A stretch of DNA of 60,531 bases from positions 1 through 60,531 of the IMG/VR virus record IMGVR_UViG_3300046004_001101; one strand, given 5' to 3'. The notes under the pieces were generated by a model, which did not search any database, had not been told where the DNA came from, and saw only the letters and a list, made by a program, of their open reading frames with translations. Of this stretch, positions 10,491-20,969 are shown in pieces. The translations under genes were made by a program, and so were the position numbers. Numbering within the stretch: position 1 is the first letter of the stretch; each line of letters starts with the position of its first letter. Origin of the DNA: a virus. Taxonomy: Duplodnaviria > Caudoviricetes.

Positions 10491-10970
10491 CTAACCGACT
10501 TGTTTCTGAATCAACCAGAACATTACAGTTCCCATAGCAACGATAACAAATGAACCTGCACCATACACAACTTTTTCTAACGTAGTTGTTTTCTGCGCGA
10601 TATTAGCGAATTCGGTTACTTTAGCATCTAGTGATGTTACCTTACACTCCAAGTTTGACGATTTAGCGATTTGTAGTTCAACACCATGAATACCCGCATC
10701 CAATAACTCAATCTTATTACCGAAACGCTCAAACGTTTGTTTATTTAGATTTGCGCTTTCAAATGATGCTTTATCACGTTCATCAAGTTTAATGATTACT
10801 GATTGCATCGATTTGGCAAGCTCTGTTAATTGTGAACACAAGTTATTTACGCTTACTTTAATTTCACTTACATCTTCCTTTAAATTCTTAACATTGTGTT
10901 CAGTTTCAAATAATCGTCCTAATTCGCTGCATGGCTGCATGGCGTACGTTTCCTTATGTATATCCATCAT
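10491..10970 (-). CDS. Coiled-coil protein with C-terminal transmembrane helix (possible lysis accessory)
   Basis: Heptad-rich body, hydrophobic VVYGAGSFVIVAMGTVMFWLI; coupled to lysozyme 2. Confidence 0.55.
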   Translation of the reverse strand: MMDIHKETYAMQPCSELGRLFETEHNVKNLKEDVSEIKVSVNNLCSQLTELAKSMQSVIIKLDERDKASFESANLNKQTFERFGNKIELLDAGIHGVELQIAKSSNLECKVTSLDAKVTEFANIAQKTTTLEKVVYGAGSFVIVAMGTVMFWLIQKQVG

Positions 10971-11434
10971 CTTAATTTCCCTGTTTTCAAAATAGTTGAT
11001 AATTCTTTACTCCGATTACCCACTTGTTTCGCCCACTTTGAATTCAGCATTTCTACGCTTGCTTGTGAGTATTGCCCTTTTTCAATCAACCCTAACGTTT
11101 TCTTAAATTCCAATAAACCTTCAACTCCAAGATTGTAGCTCATGTTTATCATCACAAATTTAGTATTAGAATCTAAATCAGCAAACCAAGTCAATCGTCT
11201 TTGCAATTGTGCTTCAATTTGATTGCACACTAATTTTAAATAGTATTCTGCTTCAACCTGATTTGTCCCGCTAGTTCGCAATCGTTTAATCTCAGAATCC
11301 GATAACTTTAAGGGATTTGCTTCAATGTTTAGCCCATAGCCGATTGTATCTTTACCTGCTGGGCATTTATAAACCTTAGCTCTATATCCTTCATGTCTTT
11401 TTAAAATATCGCATTGTTCTTGGTTAATCGGCAT
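10967..11434 (-). CDS. GH24 (T4-like) lysozyme, copy 2
   Basis: HEGYRAKVYKCPAGKDTIGYG, NMSYNLG, EMLNSKWAKQVGNR. Confidence 0.9.
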   Translation of the reverse strand: MPINQEQCDILKRHEGYRAKVYKCPAGKDTIGYGLNIEANPLKLSDSEIKRLRTSGTNQVEAEYYLKLVCNQIEAQLQRRLTWFADLDSNTKFVMINMSYNLGVEGLLEFKKTLGLIEKGQYSQASVEMLNSKWAKQVGNRSKELSTILKTGKLR

Positions 11435-11653
11435 TTCTTAATTCCTATAAATAAAAAAATCGTAATACATGGAATTATACCACATATTACGATAAAAGTC
11501 ATTGACTTTTTGTAAAAATAATGTTATGTGTTTCTAATCGAGATGAAATTATCGCACTTACCCGTTACATCTGAAAAGGGAAAATACACATATCTAACCA
11601 TACCTTTATTCTTCAATGATTGAAACTTACATATTACTGAACTAGGACATTTA

Positions 11654-11980
11654 TCATTCATGCAAATTGTGTTCATCGATGAACTGCTCCAATGAAATTA
11701 ACATTGCGATATTTAATCTTACGATTTCTTCAAGTAATCTATCATTAGGATAATCTTCAAGTAATCGTTGAGCATACCCTGACGCATCCATTACTTCTTC
11801 TTTAAGATGTTCAACCCATTCACGTTTCGTTAAATCGGTACGTTCTAACGTTAATCCGTATTTAACGTAACCAACTCTAGTTCGACCATCAATTTTAGAT
11901 GAAATACGTTTTTTAATATCGAAACTAACATCTTGTAAATCCATTAACTTATCGATAACTTTATCTTCAATTTTACTCAT
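11654..11980 (-). CDS. MazG-like/all-alpha NTP pyrophosphatase-like phage protein
   Basis: KYGLTLERTDL...HLKEEVMDASGY pattern. Confidence 0.5.
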   Translation of the reverse strand: MSKIEDKVIDKLMDLQDVSFDIKKRISSKIDGRTRVGYVKYGLTLERTDLTKREWVEHLKEEVMDASGYAQRLLEDYPNDRLLEEIVRLNIAMLISLEQFIDEHNLHE

Positions 11981-12250
11981 AAATAATCACCTCTATCATT
12001 ACTTGACATTAACAGTATTAACAATCCTATCAGTACACTCATCATAATTGTATTGACTTGTGATATATCAATTTCATTCATTTATTAGCCCTCTTGTGTT
12101 TAAATGTAGCTTTATTCGTAAAACAACTCTTACGTTGTGGATATTGTAGCGTAACAATATGTTTTTGACAATCAGAATGTGACTTAAACTTCTTATGGTC
12201 GATATCTTTTACGAGTGTTGCTGATACAAGTGTGTAGATTATCCATGATG

Positions 12251-12655
12251 TCATTTTTCAATCACCTGCCATGACTTAGATTTCCAACGTACTTCTTGGA
12301 AAATAAAATTATCAATCTTACCTTCATCAATCATTTTCAAAAGTAATTTCGACTTCAATTTGAACTCAGGCGTACTATCACCGCCTTTTACATCGCATAC
12401 TATGATTTCGCTTTTCGCTATATCATAGTATTTAAAATCCGCTTTATAGACAATATCACGAATCTTAACCCCGTTACGTCTGAATCCTTCCATCAATGTG
12501 AAGGTCGGTTGTAACTGTAAATCAAATATTTTACCTTCAGTTTCGAGTTCTTTTAAGTGTGTGTAGTATTTAGCTTCGACTTTACTATCGAATTTAAAAT
12601 CTCCGACTACCGTTTTAATTGCACCGTACTTTGACCCAGATTTACGTTTAAACAT
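12251..12655 (-). CDS. DUF1064-family putative endonuclease
   Basis: SKYGA.K...FDSKVEA...LQP.F...YKADF.Y...DVKG. Confidence 0.85.
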   Translation of the reverse strand: MFKRKSGSKYGAIKTVVGDFKFDSKVEAKYYTHLKELETEGKIFDLQLQPTFTLMEGFRRNGVKIRDIVYKADFKYYDIAKSEIIVCDVKGGDSTPEFKLKSKLLLKMIDEGKIDNFIFQEVRWKSKSWQVIEK

Positions 12656-13319
12656 TCACTTGCTCCAATCTATTCTTAGCAATTTCAAAATACTTTTCAT
12701 CTAATTCACAACCGATGAACTTTCTACCTGTATTAAGACAAGCAATACCTGTTGTACCAGAACCCATAAATGGGTCTAAAATAACATCATTTTCGTTAGA
12801 GTGAATTAGAACTAACTCGGTCATTAACTTTAAACTCTTTTGTGTTGGGTGCAAACCTTTATCTATTGAATGAACAAATTTAGGTCTTTGATACTTATCA
12901 TCTTGTCTGTTAAATACCCACTTAGCCCCATTTTTAACAAACCATATTGCACATTCATAATCTGTAATGTAGCGTCTATCTCTATTACGAGGCATTGGAT
13001 TTGTTTTTTCTAATCGTAGCATATCCTTTGTGACGAACCCGTGTGATTCAGCAAATCTCGCAATGTCACCTAGATTACGCCATGCGTTGAACACGATAAA
13101 TGAACCGTTTTCATTTAATACCCTACTAACTTCAACAATATAGCTAAATAAATCTGCATTTTTATCCCACTCTCCAAAGTCAATTCCAGCTCTGCCCATT
13201 GTTGTAAAATTATTTTCTCTAGCAATGTTATACGGTGGGTCTGTTATCACACAATCTACCGAATTATCTGGTAGCGATTTCATAAACTCAATACAATCTT
13301 GATTTGCTAACTTAATCAT
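12648..13319 (-). CDS. N4-cytosine/N6-adenine DNA methyltransferase (beta group)
   Basis: DPPY, HPTQK, LDPFMGSGTT, GCELD. Confidence 0.92.
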   Translation of the reverse strand: MIKLANQDCIEFMKSLPDNSVDCVITDPPYNIARENNFTTMGRAGIDFGEWDKNADLFSYIVEVSRVLNENGSFIVFNAWRNLGDIARFAESHGFVTKDMLRLEKTNPMPRNRDRRYITDYECAIWFVKNGAKWVFNRQDDKYQRPKFVHSIDKGLHPTQKSLKLMTELVLIHSNENDVILDPFMGSGTTGIACLNTGRKFIGCELDEKYFEIAKNRLEQVNV

Positions 13320-13327
13320 TTTAAATC

Positions 13328-13572
13328 CTATTTCTTAAACTTAATTTTAACTTCACCATGTAACACATCTACAATCGGCTCATTATACTCATCTACTGCA
13401 ATCTTTTTCTTATCGTCAGCTCATATATACCTATCCAACCTTCATCTTCGTCAACTGTGTGCATCAAATACTTCTTTGTGATATTCACACCATCTAAATA
13501 AATCTGAAAGTAATCAGATTTTGCAACCATTGGATGAAATCCTTCATCATCTGGGTTTGTACTAATTCTCAC
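13328..13572 (-). pseudogene. Small phage gene split by a single-base frameshift
   Basis: MRISTNPDDEG...DEDEGWIGIY continues in a shifted frame near 13418 as DDKKKIAVDEYNEPIVDVLHGEVKIKFKK*; AAGGAG upstream. Confidence 0.55.
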
Positions 13573-13634
13573 GCTAGGCTCTCCTTAATAAAATAATACC
13601 GCCTTAATAATGTGACGGTATTATTATTCAATAA

Positions 13635-14300
13635 TTACACTAAGTCAAGCTCAATCTGACCACTTACAAAACTCTTAACTTCATCACTAAACAACAATGT
13701 GCTACCTTTCTGACCAACGACATATTTACTATTTTGTGTAGGAAAATATCTCTTTTCAATCTTAATTGAATCAACGCATTCTAACTCACCTTTATCTACG
13801 AGTTTCATGTATGCTAATCGAATTGTATTAGGACTCCCACCAATGATATTCATTAGTGTGTTTTCGTTATCAGGTCTACGTTTACTCATCACTTGTAATT
13901 GTCCTGATAAGTACGCAGTTTTAGCTTCTAACGCCTGAATGGCTTTGTCTTGTACTTGTGATAGTTCGAGAATAGAAGTTGCGTTGACTAAATCTTTAAA
14001 TACTTGGATAACCTCAATATAAAACATTGGACTTAACCACATTGCGTAAATGTAGACTACATCTTCATGCACGAAAGTACCGCGATAATCACCGCCATGA
14101 ACCGTCATAAGTATTTGATTTTGTTCCAAACCGACTTTTTCCGCCAATGCTAATATCAATTCTTTTGTACTTTTTAACTTTAAAAAGTCATTAGCCTGCT
14201 TCGATTTCTGCTTACCGTTGGCTACCCATAAATCGTACAATGAGTACAATCCGTTTTCAGATTGATTTATTTTAACACCTAAAATCGTAATACTTTTCAT
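13635..14300 (-). CDS. KilA-N domain protein
   Basis: GLYSLYDLW...GGDYRGTFVHEDV...YAMWLSPMF. Confidence 0.85.
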   Translation of the reverse strand: MKSITILGVKINQSENGLYSLYDLWVANGKQKSKQANDFLKLKSTKELILALAEKVGLEQNQILMTVHGGDYRGTFVHEDVVYIYAMWLSPMFYIEVIQVFKDLVNATSILELSQVQDKAIQALEAKTAYLSGQLQVMSKRRPDNENTLMNIIGGSPNTIRLAYMKLVDKGELECVDSIKIEKRYFPTQNSKYVVGQKGSTLLFSDEVKSFVSGQIELDLV

Positions 14301-14323
14301 TTTCAAATCTCCAGAAATTAAAA

Positions 14324-14353
14324 AACCTTACCTATCTTATGATAGGTAAGGTT
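14324..14353 (-). terminator. Intrinsic terminator after nrdA
   Basis: 13-bp stem aaccttacctatc/gataggtaaggtt plus U-run; TTGACA-18-TACACT promoter immediately upstream. Confidence 0.75.
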
Positions 14354-14389
14354 AGTGTAAAACTATTTATTAGAACGTGTCAAATTTTA

Positions 14390-16102
14390 TTATTGACAAC
14401 TTTCACAAGATTCAGTATTTAACTTACCTTGATGTGAATAACCTGACTTAGTTACGAGGTAGTATAACCCCTCTATCTGCTCATTATTAAACGCATCTTC
14501 ATGTAATTCAGCAATAACTGATTCAGGTGTGTCTGCTGGAATAAATAAATTTACTGATTGCCATTGGTCAACATATTTATTACGAATTGCCGCATAACGT
14601 AGTAACACATTCTGGTTCATTTCAAATGCAGTTCTAAATACTGCTTTCTCGTGGTCACTTAACCAATCTACATTTTGAACCGAACCGCCGTCATCAACAA
14701 TCTTATCAATTTCATCGTAATTAAACTTACCTTTAGCTTTCATAACAGCCACGAGTGACCCATTTATGCGGTCTATTTCACCTGATGCCGTTTGCTGTGT
14801 GTAGGTTGAACTTGGGTTAGGCGAAACGCCTTCAGACACACCTGCCATCAATAACGATGTTGATTTTGTAGGTGGGCAAGTCATTGTATGTGTATTTCTA
14901 ACACCGAACCCTTCACACCATTCTGGCTCACCAAGTTCCGTAGCCAACCATTGTGAAGCACGTTTAGATTCCTTTTGCATCAATTCAAACATTTCACACA
15001 TTTTAAACTGTGCATCTAACGATTCAAAGATAATATTGTGGTCTTGCATATAAGTATGCAATCCACACACACCTAATCCTAAAGCACGACCTTTTTCAGT
15101 GCATCTGACAATTTTCTCTAACCCTGATATTGAACGCGCTTTAGTTAAAAATTCTTCACATACACAATCTAAGAATACGGTAGCCCAAAACACAGCGTCT
15201 GTGTCCTTCCATTCGTCATACGTTGCTAGATTCATACTAGACAACACACATGAATAAGTATGGTCTTTATCTGAAAATAGAGTAATTTCCTGGCACAACT
15301 GACTACATTTAACCGTTAAACCATGCTTTTTATACATCTCTGGTACATGACGATTTACTTTATCCGTAAAGAAAAAATATCCGCGACCCGTAGTTAATTT
15401 TAACTTCATCGTTCTTTGGAATCGTCTAGTTGATTCTTCTTCATTGTTATTTAACTTACTAATGAATTCATCTGAAACACACCATCCGATATTAACATCA
15501 TCTGGTTCTGATGAAACATAATCTACAATTTCATCAAAATCACCATGTTCAATTGGAATATACCCAGCCCATGCACCACGTCTAACACCACCTTGCGACA
15601 CATTTCTAGTCATTGTTACAAAGTCTTTAAGGACAGGTAATACTCCGCTTGCTTTATTCCCATCTGCAATCAACGACCCTCTAGGTCTAATATCACCTAA
15701 ATAACTAGCCGTGCCAAATCCGAGCTTCGAAAGAATGGCACATTCTCGCAAGGCAGAATAAAAACCATCAATTGAATCTTCTACCACATTAGCCGCACAT
15801 GATACAGGCATACCTCTATTAGTACCCATGTTAGCTAAAACAGGCGTTGAAGGCGATAACCAACCGTTCCACAATAACTTTAAGAACCAATCATAACCTT
15901 CCTGTTCTTTACCGATACCTGATAAATGTTTAGCGGCGGTTGATGCAATACGTTCAAACTGACCTAATACGCTTCTACCTTCAGTTTGATATTCGTATCG
16001 TGACACAAACATTTGATAACCAGGTGTTATATACCAATCTGGAACTAACCCTTTAGCTTGTAAGTCTTTTCTTTCTTGTGATAATTTTTTATATTTAGAC
16101 AT
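14390..16102 (-). CDS. nrdA: Class I ribonucleotide reductase alpha subunit (no ATP cone)
   Basis: PSTPVLAN, PVSC, QGGVRRGA, LCQEI, PPT.STS, LYY, C-terminal CESC; start taken at MSKYK. Confidence 0.93.
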   Translation of the reverse strand: MSKYKKLSQERKDLQAKGLVPDWYITPGYQMFVSRYEYQTEGRSVLGQFERIASTAAKHLSGIGKEQEGYDWFLKLLWNGWLSPSTPVLANMGTNRGMPVSCAANVVEDSIDGFYSALRECAILSKLGFGTASYLGDIRPRGSLIADGNKASGVLPVLKDFVTMTRNVSQGGVRRGAWAGYIPIEHGDFDEIVDYVSSEPDDVNIGWCVSDEFISKLNNNEEESTRRFQRTMKLKLTTGRGYFFFTDKVNRHVPEMYKKHGLTVKCSQLCQEITLFSDKDHTYSCVLSSMNLATYDEWKDTDAVFWATVFLDCVCEEFLTKARSISGLEKIVRCTEKGRALGLGVCGLHTYMQDHNIIFESLDAQFKMCEMFELMQKESKRASQWLATELGEPEWCEGFGVRNTHTMTCPPTKSTSLLMAGVSEGVSPNPSSTYTQQTASGEIDRINGSLVAVMKAKGKFNYDEIDKIVDDGGSVQNVDWLSDHEKAVFRTAFEMNQNVLLRYAAIRNKYVDQWQSVNLFIPADTPESVIAELHEDAFNNEQIEGLYYLVTKSGYSHQGKLNTESCESCQ

Positions 16103-17090
16103 TTTTGTATTTACCTTTAAAAGTGAAAGCCGTTTCATCCCAATTTCTATTGTATTCAGCTGACATACCAGTGAAAAAATCATTGAAACTATAGTTCTTA
16201 ATCCCTTTATAGAAGTAATCAGCAATCGGGTTTGATTCTACCACGAATAATTCAGCATAACCTAACTGTGTTAAGCAAATGTTAATTCTAGATTTTACAA
16301 ACAACTTCAAATCTTCTTTGTTACAATTATCAATATCTCCTTTCTCAAAAATCATTTCGATGATACGAGATTCATGTTCATAAATAGATTCAGCAATTTC
16401 AATAATGTCATCCAACAATGCTTCTTCATGTGAAGATTTCAGTTTCATTTGAGCTTTAAGTGATTTAAACGCCCAAGCACCAGCTAAACTATGTAAGTTT
16501 TCATCTCTAACCGAAAAATTCAAGCCCCTGACCATATTGGTGAGTTTATTTTTACCGTTAGATTGAAAGTGCTTCAAGAAGGCGAATGATGAATATAAAA
16601 TAGCCCCTTCAATCATTGAGAAACCTGCGATTGAAACCAAATCATTCTTACTATTTACAACAGAGTCAATGAAATCCATTCGAGATTTAAGTAGTGGGTC
16701 AGTCACATAAGATTCATAGAATTCATCCGTGTTAATGTGAAGCAACTCGTTAATCTTGTTATAAAATGGTTTGTGAACCGCTAATTCAAACATTCCAAAT
16801 GTAGCCGCCATAGCTTGAATCTCAGGTCGTTTAAACATCCGCATGAATCTACCTGTCCAGTAATCACTACCTGCTTTCAACTCATATAGTGTAAATAACT
16901 TTAATGTAGTAATAACCCCATGTTTTTCTGATTCAGTGAAGTCAGTTAAGATTGATGCAATGTCTTTTTCAACATTAACTTCTTTAGCTGTCCAAAAAAT
17001 ATCTAATTGGTCTTCCATAAACTGTACTGATTCAGGGTATCGAATTACAAAAGACTCTGTTTTTTCTTGAATATGTGGTTTAGCCATCAC
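16095..17090 (-). CDS. nrdB: Ribonucleotide reductase beta subunit
   Basis: FW, VHKPFY, EGAILYSSF, RDENLH, DFF motifs. Confidence 0.92.
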   Translation of the reverse strand: MMAKPHIQEKTESFVIRYPESVQFMEDQLDIFWTAKEVNVEKDIASILTDFTESEKHGVITTLKLFTLYELKAGSDYWTGRFMRMFKRPEIQAMAATFGMFELAVHKPFYNKINELLHINTDEFYESYVTDPLLKSRMDFIDSVVNSKNDLVSIAGFSMIEGAILYSSFAFLKHFQSNGKNKLTNMVRGLNFSVRDENLHSLAGAWAFKSLKAQMKLKSSHEEALLDDIIEIAESIYEHESRIIEMIFEKGDIDNCNKEDLKLFVKSRINICLTQLGYAELFVVESNPIADYFYKGIKNYSFNDFFTGMSAEYNRNWDETAFTFKGKYKNV

Positions 17091-17186
17091 AAACCTCTCA
17101 TATAATCAATAATTACCATTCCAACACCTACTAACGTCGCTAAATAAGCAGTAGCTACATAACTTGCTAACACACCAGCAATAAAC

Positions 17187-18119
17187 TTAATCACAATTAA
17201 ACTCCTCAATATGTGTAATCAATGAATCCAAATCAGTTTTAGTATCTTCTAAATCTAACACAATAGTTTTAAGAAAAGGTAACAACCCTGTACTAATCTG
17301 ACGTTTTAATTCGGCATTACATATCGTTCTAGCGAACGAATCAATACTACCTGATTCCCAACCTAGCGCGATTAACGCATCACGACCTTGTTGTATTTGT
17401 TCTTCATTCATTTTTATCACTCCGCAGTTTAGCTAATTCTTTTTTAAGTTGTTCATACTTCTGTTTTAATGCCGAAACCTGTTTTTGTTTTCGATTGATT
17501 TCGTTACCGATTATTGCTATTTCATTCTGATACCCTCTAATTAACGCATCATTCATCTTCATCACCGCTTACGAATCGCCCTTCATCATCGAAGTCATCA
17601 TCATTATACTTATAGGCACACCATTGTGCAAAGTAAAAGATTTCTTCTGGGGTAAGTCCCGTTTCTTCACAGATTTCTGTGTACATCACGTTAAAGTTCA
17701 CTTCTCACTCCCATGTGTTTAAATCAGACAATAAAACCGCTTTATCATCAACTTGTTTCTGTAAGTCTTGTAACTGTTCATTGTTACCTAAGAATTCACG
17801 AAGATAATGTACGCTGAAATCAGCAATATCAACTACGCCAAATTCCATTAACGACAACTTCATTTTATCATAAATCACTTTGTTCATATTTTCACCACCT
17901 TTTTCAAGTGAATGTACTGAGATATTTTTAGATTGCATAACTAACTCCTTCAAAGTTCAAATCAGACAATATTCTATCAAACAATACATCTATTAAGCAA
18001 GCCTTAGTTGATACGTTATCAAAATAAGGTAAATCTAAATGTGGGAAACTAATGTGCGGTACGATTTCTGTAAATTTCATTTCATTTCTCCAGTTAATAA
18101 TGCTCGATGTTGAATCCAC
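17187..18119 (-). CDS. Cluster of small hypothetical ORFs (17187-17420, 17705-17953, 17928-18119 and shorter ones)
   Basis: Overlapping, co-oriented small ORFs; no recognisable motifs. Confidence 0.45.
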
Positions 18120-18976
18120 CCACGAAAGTTATTTGACCAACAATTACCATTGACATCGACATGAGTTACGCCACATTTTTTATTTTTTAAAACCATACCA
18201 TAAAAATCATTTGAATCCATAGGTTTAGCCTGATGTTCAAATGGTGAGAAGTGACCTACATCACTACCTTTCAGTAATCGTTCAGCTAACGATAAATCAT
18301 TTTCGATATTAGGATTTGAATTATCGTGATTTAGATATGATACTCTCGCACATCTAGCTGCGCTGATTAAAGGTAATTTCTTTTGAAAATGCTCGAAAAT
18401 CGTTCCACCTGTACTACACTCATACATATCATCGTAAGTTACATACGGTAAATGCCATTCATCGTTATGTAAAAAATTAGGTTTTGATTCATCCATTGCA
18501 GATTTCATCAACTGTGACAATTCCTGAATCTCTGGTTGAGCATCGTGATGTAATCTAAGATTAAAGAAGTTATCCCATTCGGTAGCTGTTACTACGACTT
18601 TAATTGTAGCGAATGGTTCTAATAATCGATTAACCCATTGTTTATGTACGCCTAAATCAAGCATTACTTCAGCTTGTGCTATTGCATAATCACACGCTTG
18701 ATTCCAATACTTAACAGCGTAATCATGCTCCCAATCTTTGAATTCTTCACCAGCTTGCATACCTGCTTTATTTTTCAAAAAATGCGGTGATGACAAGTCA
18801 CGAATCAACTCAATTTGTTTAGCTGTAGGAATAGCTCTACTGGATTGAGCATTACGGCTAAACATCCGATGAGTCATAAACTGACTATGAATGAATCTTT
18901 CATAAGTCAATTCCATCGTCGTAATCCTGATACCTGCTTCGCTGATAGAATCAGCAACAATTTTAACTTCCATCAT
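18077..18976 (-). CDS. thyX: FAD-dependent thymidylate synthase
   Basis: THRMFSRNAQSSR signature, HKQWVNRLLEPF, LR.H.DAQPEI, H.SPFEH. Confidence 0.9.
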   Translation of the reverse strand: MMEVKIVADSISEAGIRITTMELTYERFIHSQFMTHRMFSRNAQSSRAIPTAKQIELIRDLSSPHFLKNKAGMQAGEEFKDWEHDYAVKYWNQACDYAIAQAEVMLDLGVHKQWVNRLLEPFATIKVVVTATEWDNFFNLRLHHDAQPEIQELSQLMKSAMDESKPNFLHNDEWHLPYVTYDDMYECSTGGTIFEHFQKKLPLISAARCARVSYLNHDNSNPNIENDLSLAERLLKGSDVGHFSPFEHQAKPMDSNDFYGMVLKNKKCGVTHVDVNGNCWSNNFRGWIQHRALLTGEMK

Positions 18977-19021
18977 TTCACCTTCTTAATTCTAATTTTA
19001 ACGGATTGACCTTTCTTTAAT

Positions 19022-20863
19022 TTAATTTTCATAAGTAGCTTCCTTTAGTTCTAAATCATCAGCAAACTCAACTTTAACTACGTTTAGATATTTGCCATTC
19101 TGTTTCACCTGTACTCTTTCAGGTGTAGCTAATTGTGACACAACTACTAATGCGTCGTCAATACTTTTTGGAACATCGCCAATAATTCTTGATTTCCACC
19201 AGTTGTAAGCCATACCCCTAGCACGTTCACCTTCACCATGTTCAATTCCGATGTATTCATGCACGGTGGTGTAACCACACATATAGCTGACTTTTAATGT
19301 GTCTGGTTTACCCATTTTACCTTTATTTTTACCATAACTAACGTGAGTTACGTCTAACCATTCGTTGTTGAAGGTGTGGTTGATGATTTCGGTTCTTGGT
19401 TTGGTTGCTACAATATCAAGCATACTAGCTTTTTCAGTTAGTTTCGTGTTGAAAATAAATTCACCACCACAACATTCACAAAACTTAGCTGATGGATGGT
19501 GAATTGTGTTGCATAACTCAGTTACATTATGAATATCACATTTATCATGATAATGATACATAGGGTACGGTTTACCATTGATATAATCGACAGTTCGTTT
19601 AGTAATATCTTCTGAGTTACATCCGCATAAAAAGTATTTACAGGTCTTAACAGGAGCTTCACCTCCACCGCCAGAACCTTTCTTTTTCGGCTTGATAATA
19701 TCGTTGATTGCACCACAACGGGCGGTATTTCCTGCGAAATCAGCCACAAGTCCACCTCTAGCTTTAACTCCTTGTGAAATAGCGTATGCTCGTTGTTCTT
19801 TGGTATCTAAAGGTAATCCTTCTTTCGGTGCAATACGCAAAATTCTCCCGATTACTTGAACATGACGAGCTGGCGATGCTGTTGGTAATAATACAACTAA
19901 AAAATCAATCTGCGGAATATCAACACCTGTAGTTAAAATAAGATTATTCACGCAAGCAGTATATTTACCTGCTTTAAAATCGCCTATCCGTTGTGTACGT
20001 TCTTGGTCTGTCATTTTTGAGTGAACAAATGTACTAGATATATTGAATTCTACATTCAACATATTAGATATGTGTTCAACGTGTTCAATAGAACTCCCAA
20101 ATACTAACCAACAGTTTCTATCAAACCCCATTTCAACTGCTTCTGTTAATGCAGCCCTCGTTATTTCTTCTTTATCAATCGCTATTTGTAATTCTTTTTG
20201 GTTGAAATCACCTTTTGTCATTTTAACATTACTTACATCTAATTTGGTTTTGGTTTGCTTAGACGTGATTTTAGATAGATAATTTTCATTAAAAAACCAG
20301 TTGTACGATTTAAAATCAGTCATATCGACAACAAACTCATCAAAAATATGACCTTCTGTTAAACAACCGCCGCCCATACGATATGGGCTTGCTGAATACC
20401 CAACCACTTGTAAATTTTCATTAGCTTCTTTTAGATTATTCAATAACTTTCTATATTGGGTATCTTCATCGTGCGATACACAATGAACTTCATCAATCAA
20501 TATAAAATCAATTCTTCCAAATAATTCATGTTTATTTGCAACAGAACCAATAGACCCTATTGTAATTTGACCGATTTCTTTACGTCTTAACGATGAACAA
20601 TACACACCTACTGGGGCAGTTCGCCATAATCGCAATAATGCTTGTTCGTCATTCGCTACCAATTCCATACTGTGTGTTAAAACAAGAACTTTAGTTCTAG
20701 GATTAGCAAATAACAATCGTCGTATTGTTTCAGCTATCGCGTACGTTTTTCCACTTGCGGTTGGCATACCAACAAGACCGTTCTTTTTAGGATTTTCTGG
20801 TAGCCATTTAATTGTTTTATCAGCCGCTATTAACTGATGTGGTCGTAATTTAATTTCAGACAT
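19022..20863 (-). CDS. SF2 (DExH, RadD/YejH-like) helicase
   Basis: LRPHQ, PTASGKT, DEVH, SAS, TGVDIP, QVIGR.LR, C-terminal Cys cluster; start MSEIK after AAGGA. Confidence 0.92.
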   Translation of the reverse strand: MSEIKLRPHQLIAADKTIKWLPENPKKNGLVGMPTASGKTYAIAETIRRLLFANPRTKVLVLTHSMELVANDEQALLRLWRTAPVGVYCSSLRRKEIGQITIGSIGSVANKHELFGRIDFILIDEVHCVSHDEDTQYRKLLNNLKEANENLQVVGYSASPYRMGGGCLTEGHIFDEFVVDMTDFKSYNWFFNENYLSKITSKQTKTKLDVSNVKMTKGDFNQKELQIAIDKEEITRAALTEAVEMGFDRNCWLVFGSSIEHVEHISNMLNVEFNISSTFVHSKMTDQERTQRIGDFKAGKYTACVNNLILTTGVDIPQIDFLVVLLPTASPARHVQVIGRILRIAPKEGLPLDTKEQRAYAISQGVKARGGLVADFAGNTARCGAINDIIKPKKKGSGGGGEAPVKTCKYFLCGCNSEDITKRTVDYINGKPYPMYHYHDKCDIHNVTELCNTIHHPSAKFCECCGGEFIFNTKLTEKASMLDIVATKPRTEIINHTFNNEWLDVTHVSYGKNKGKMGKPDTLKVSYMCGYTTVHEYIGIEHGEGERARGMAYNWWKSRIIGDVPKSIDDALVVVSQLATPERVQVKQNGKYLNVVKVEFADDLELKEATYEN

Positions 20864-20885
20864 TTTAAATTCCTTTAGTGTAAGG

Positions 20886-20960
20886 TTTAAGTGACGATTA
20901 GTAAAAGTGGTCAGAAGTTCACTACGCTTCATTTCAGGAGCTACCATAGACCACTTTTGA
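20886..20960 (-). ncRNA. Candidate structured leader RNA, copy E (core GGUAGCUCCUGAAA)
   Basis: Stem aaaagtggtc/gaccactttt encloses the core and a gaag/cttc hairpin whose loop (agtga) matches downstream tcact; same layout at 25278-25340. Confidence 0.6.
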
Positions 20961-20969
20961 TATTCTGCA

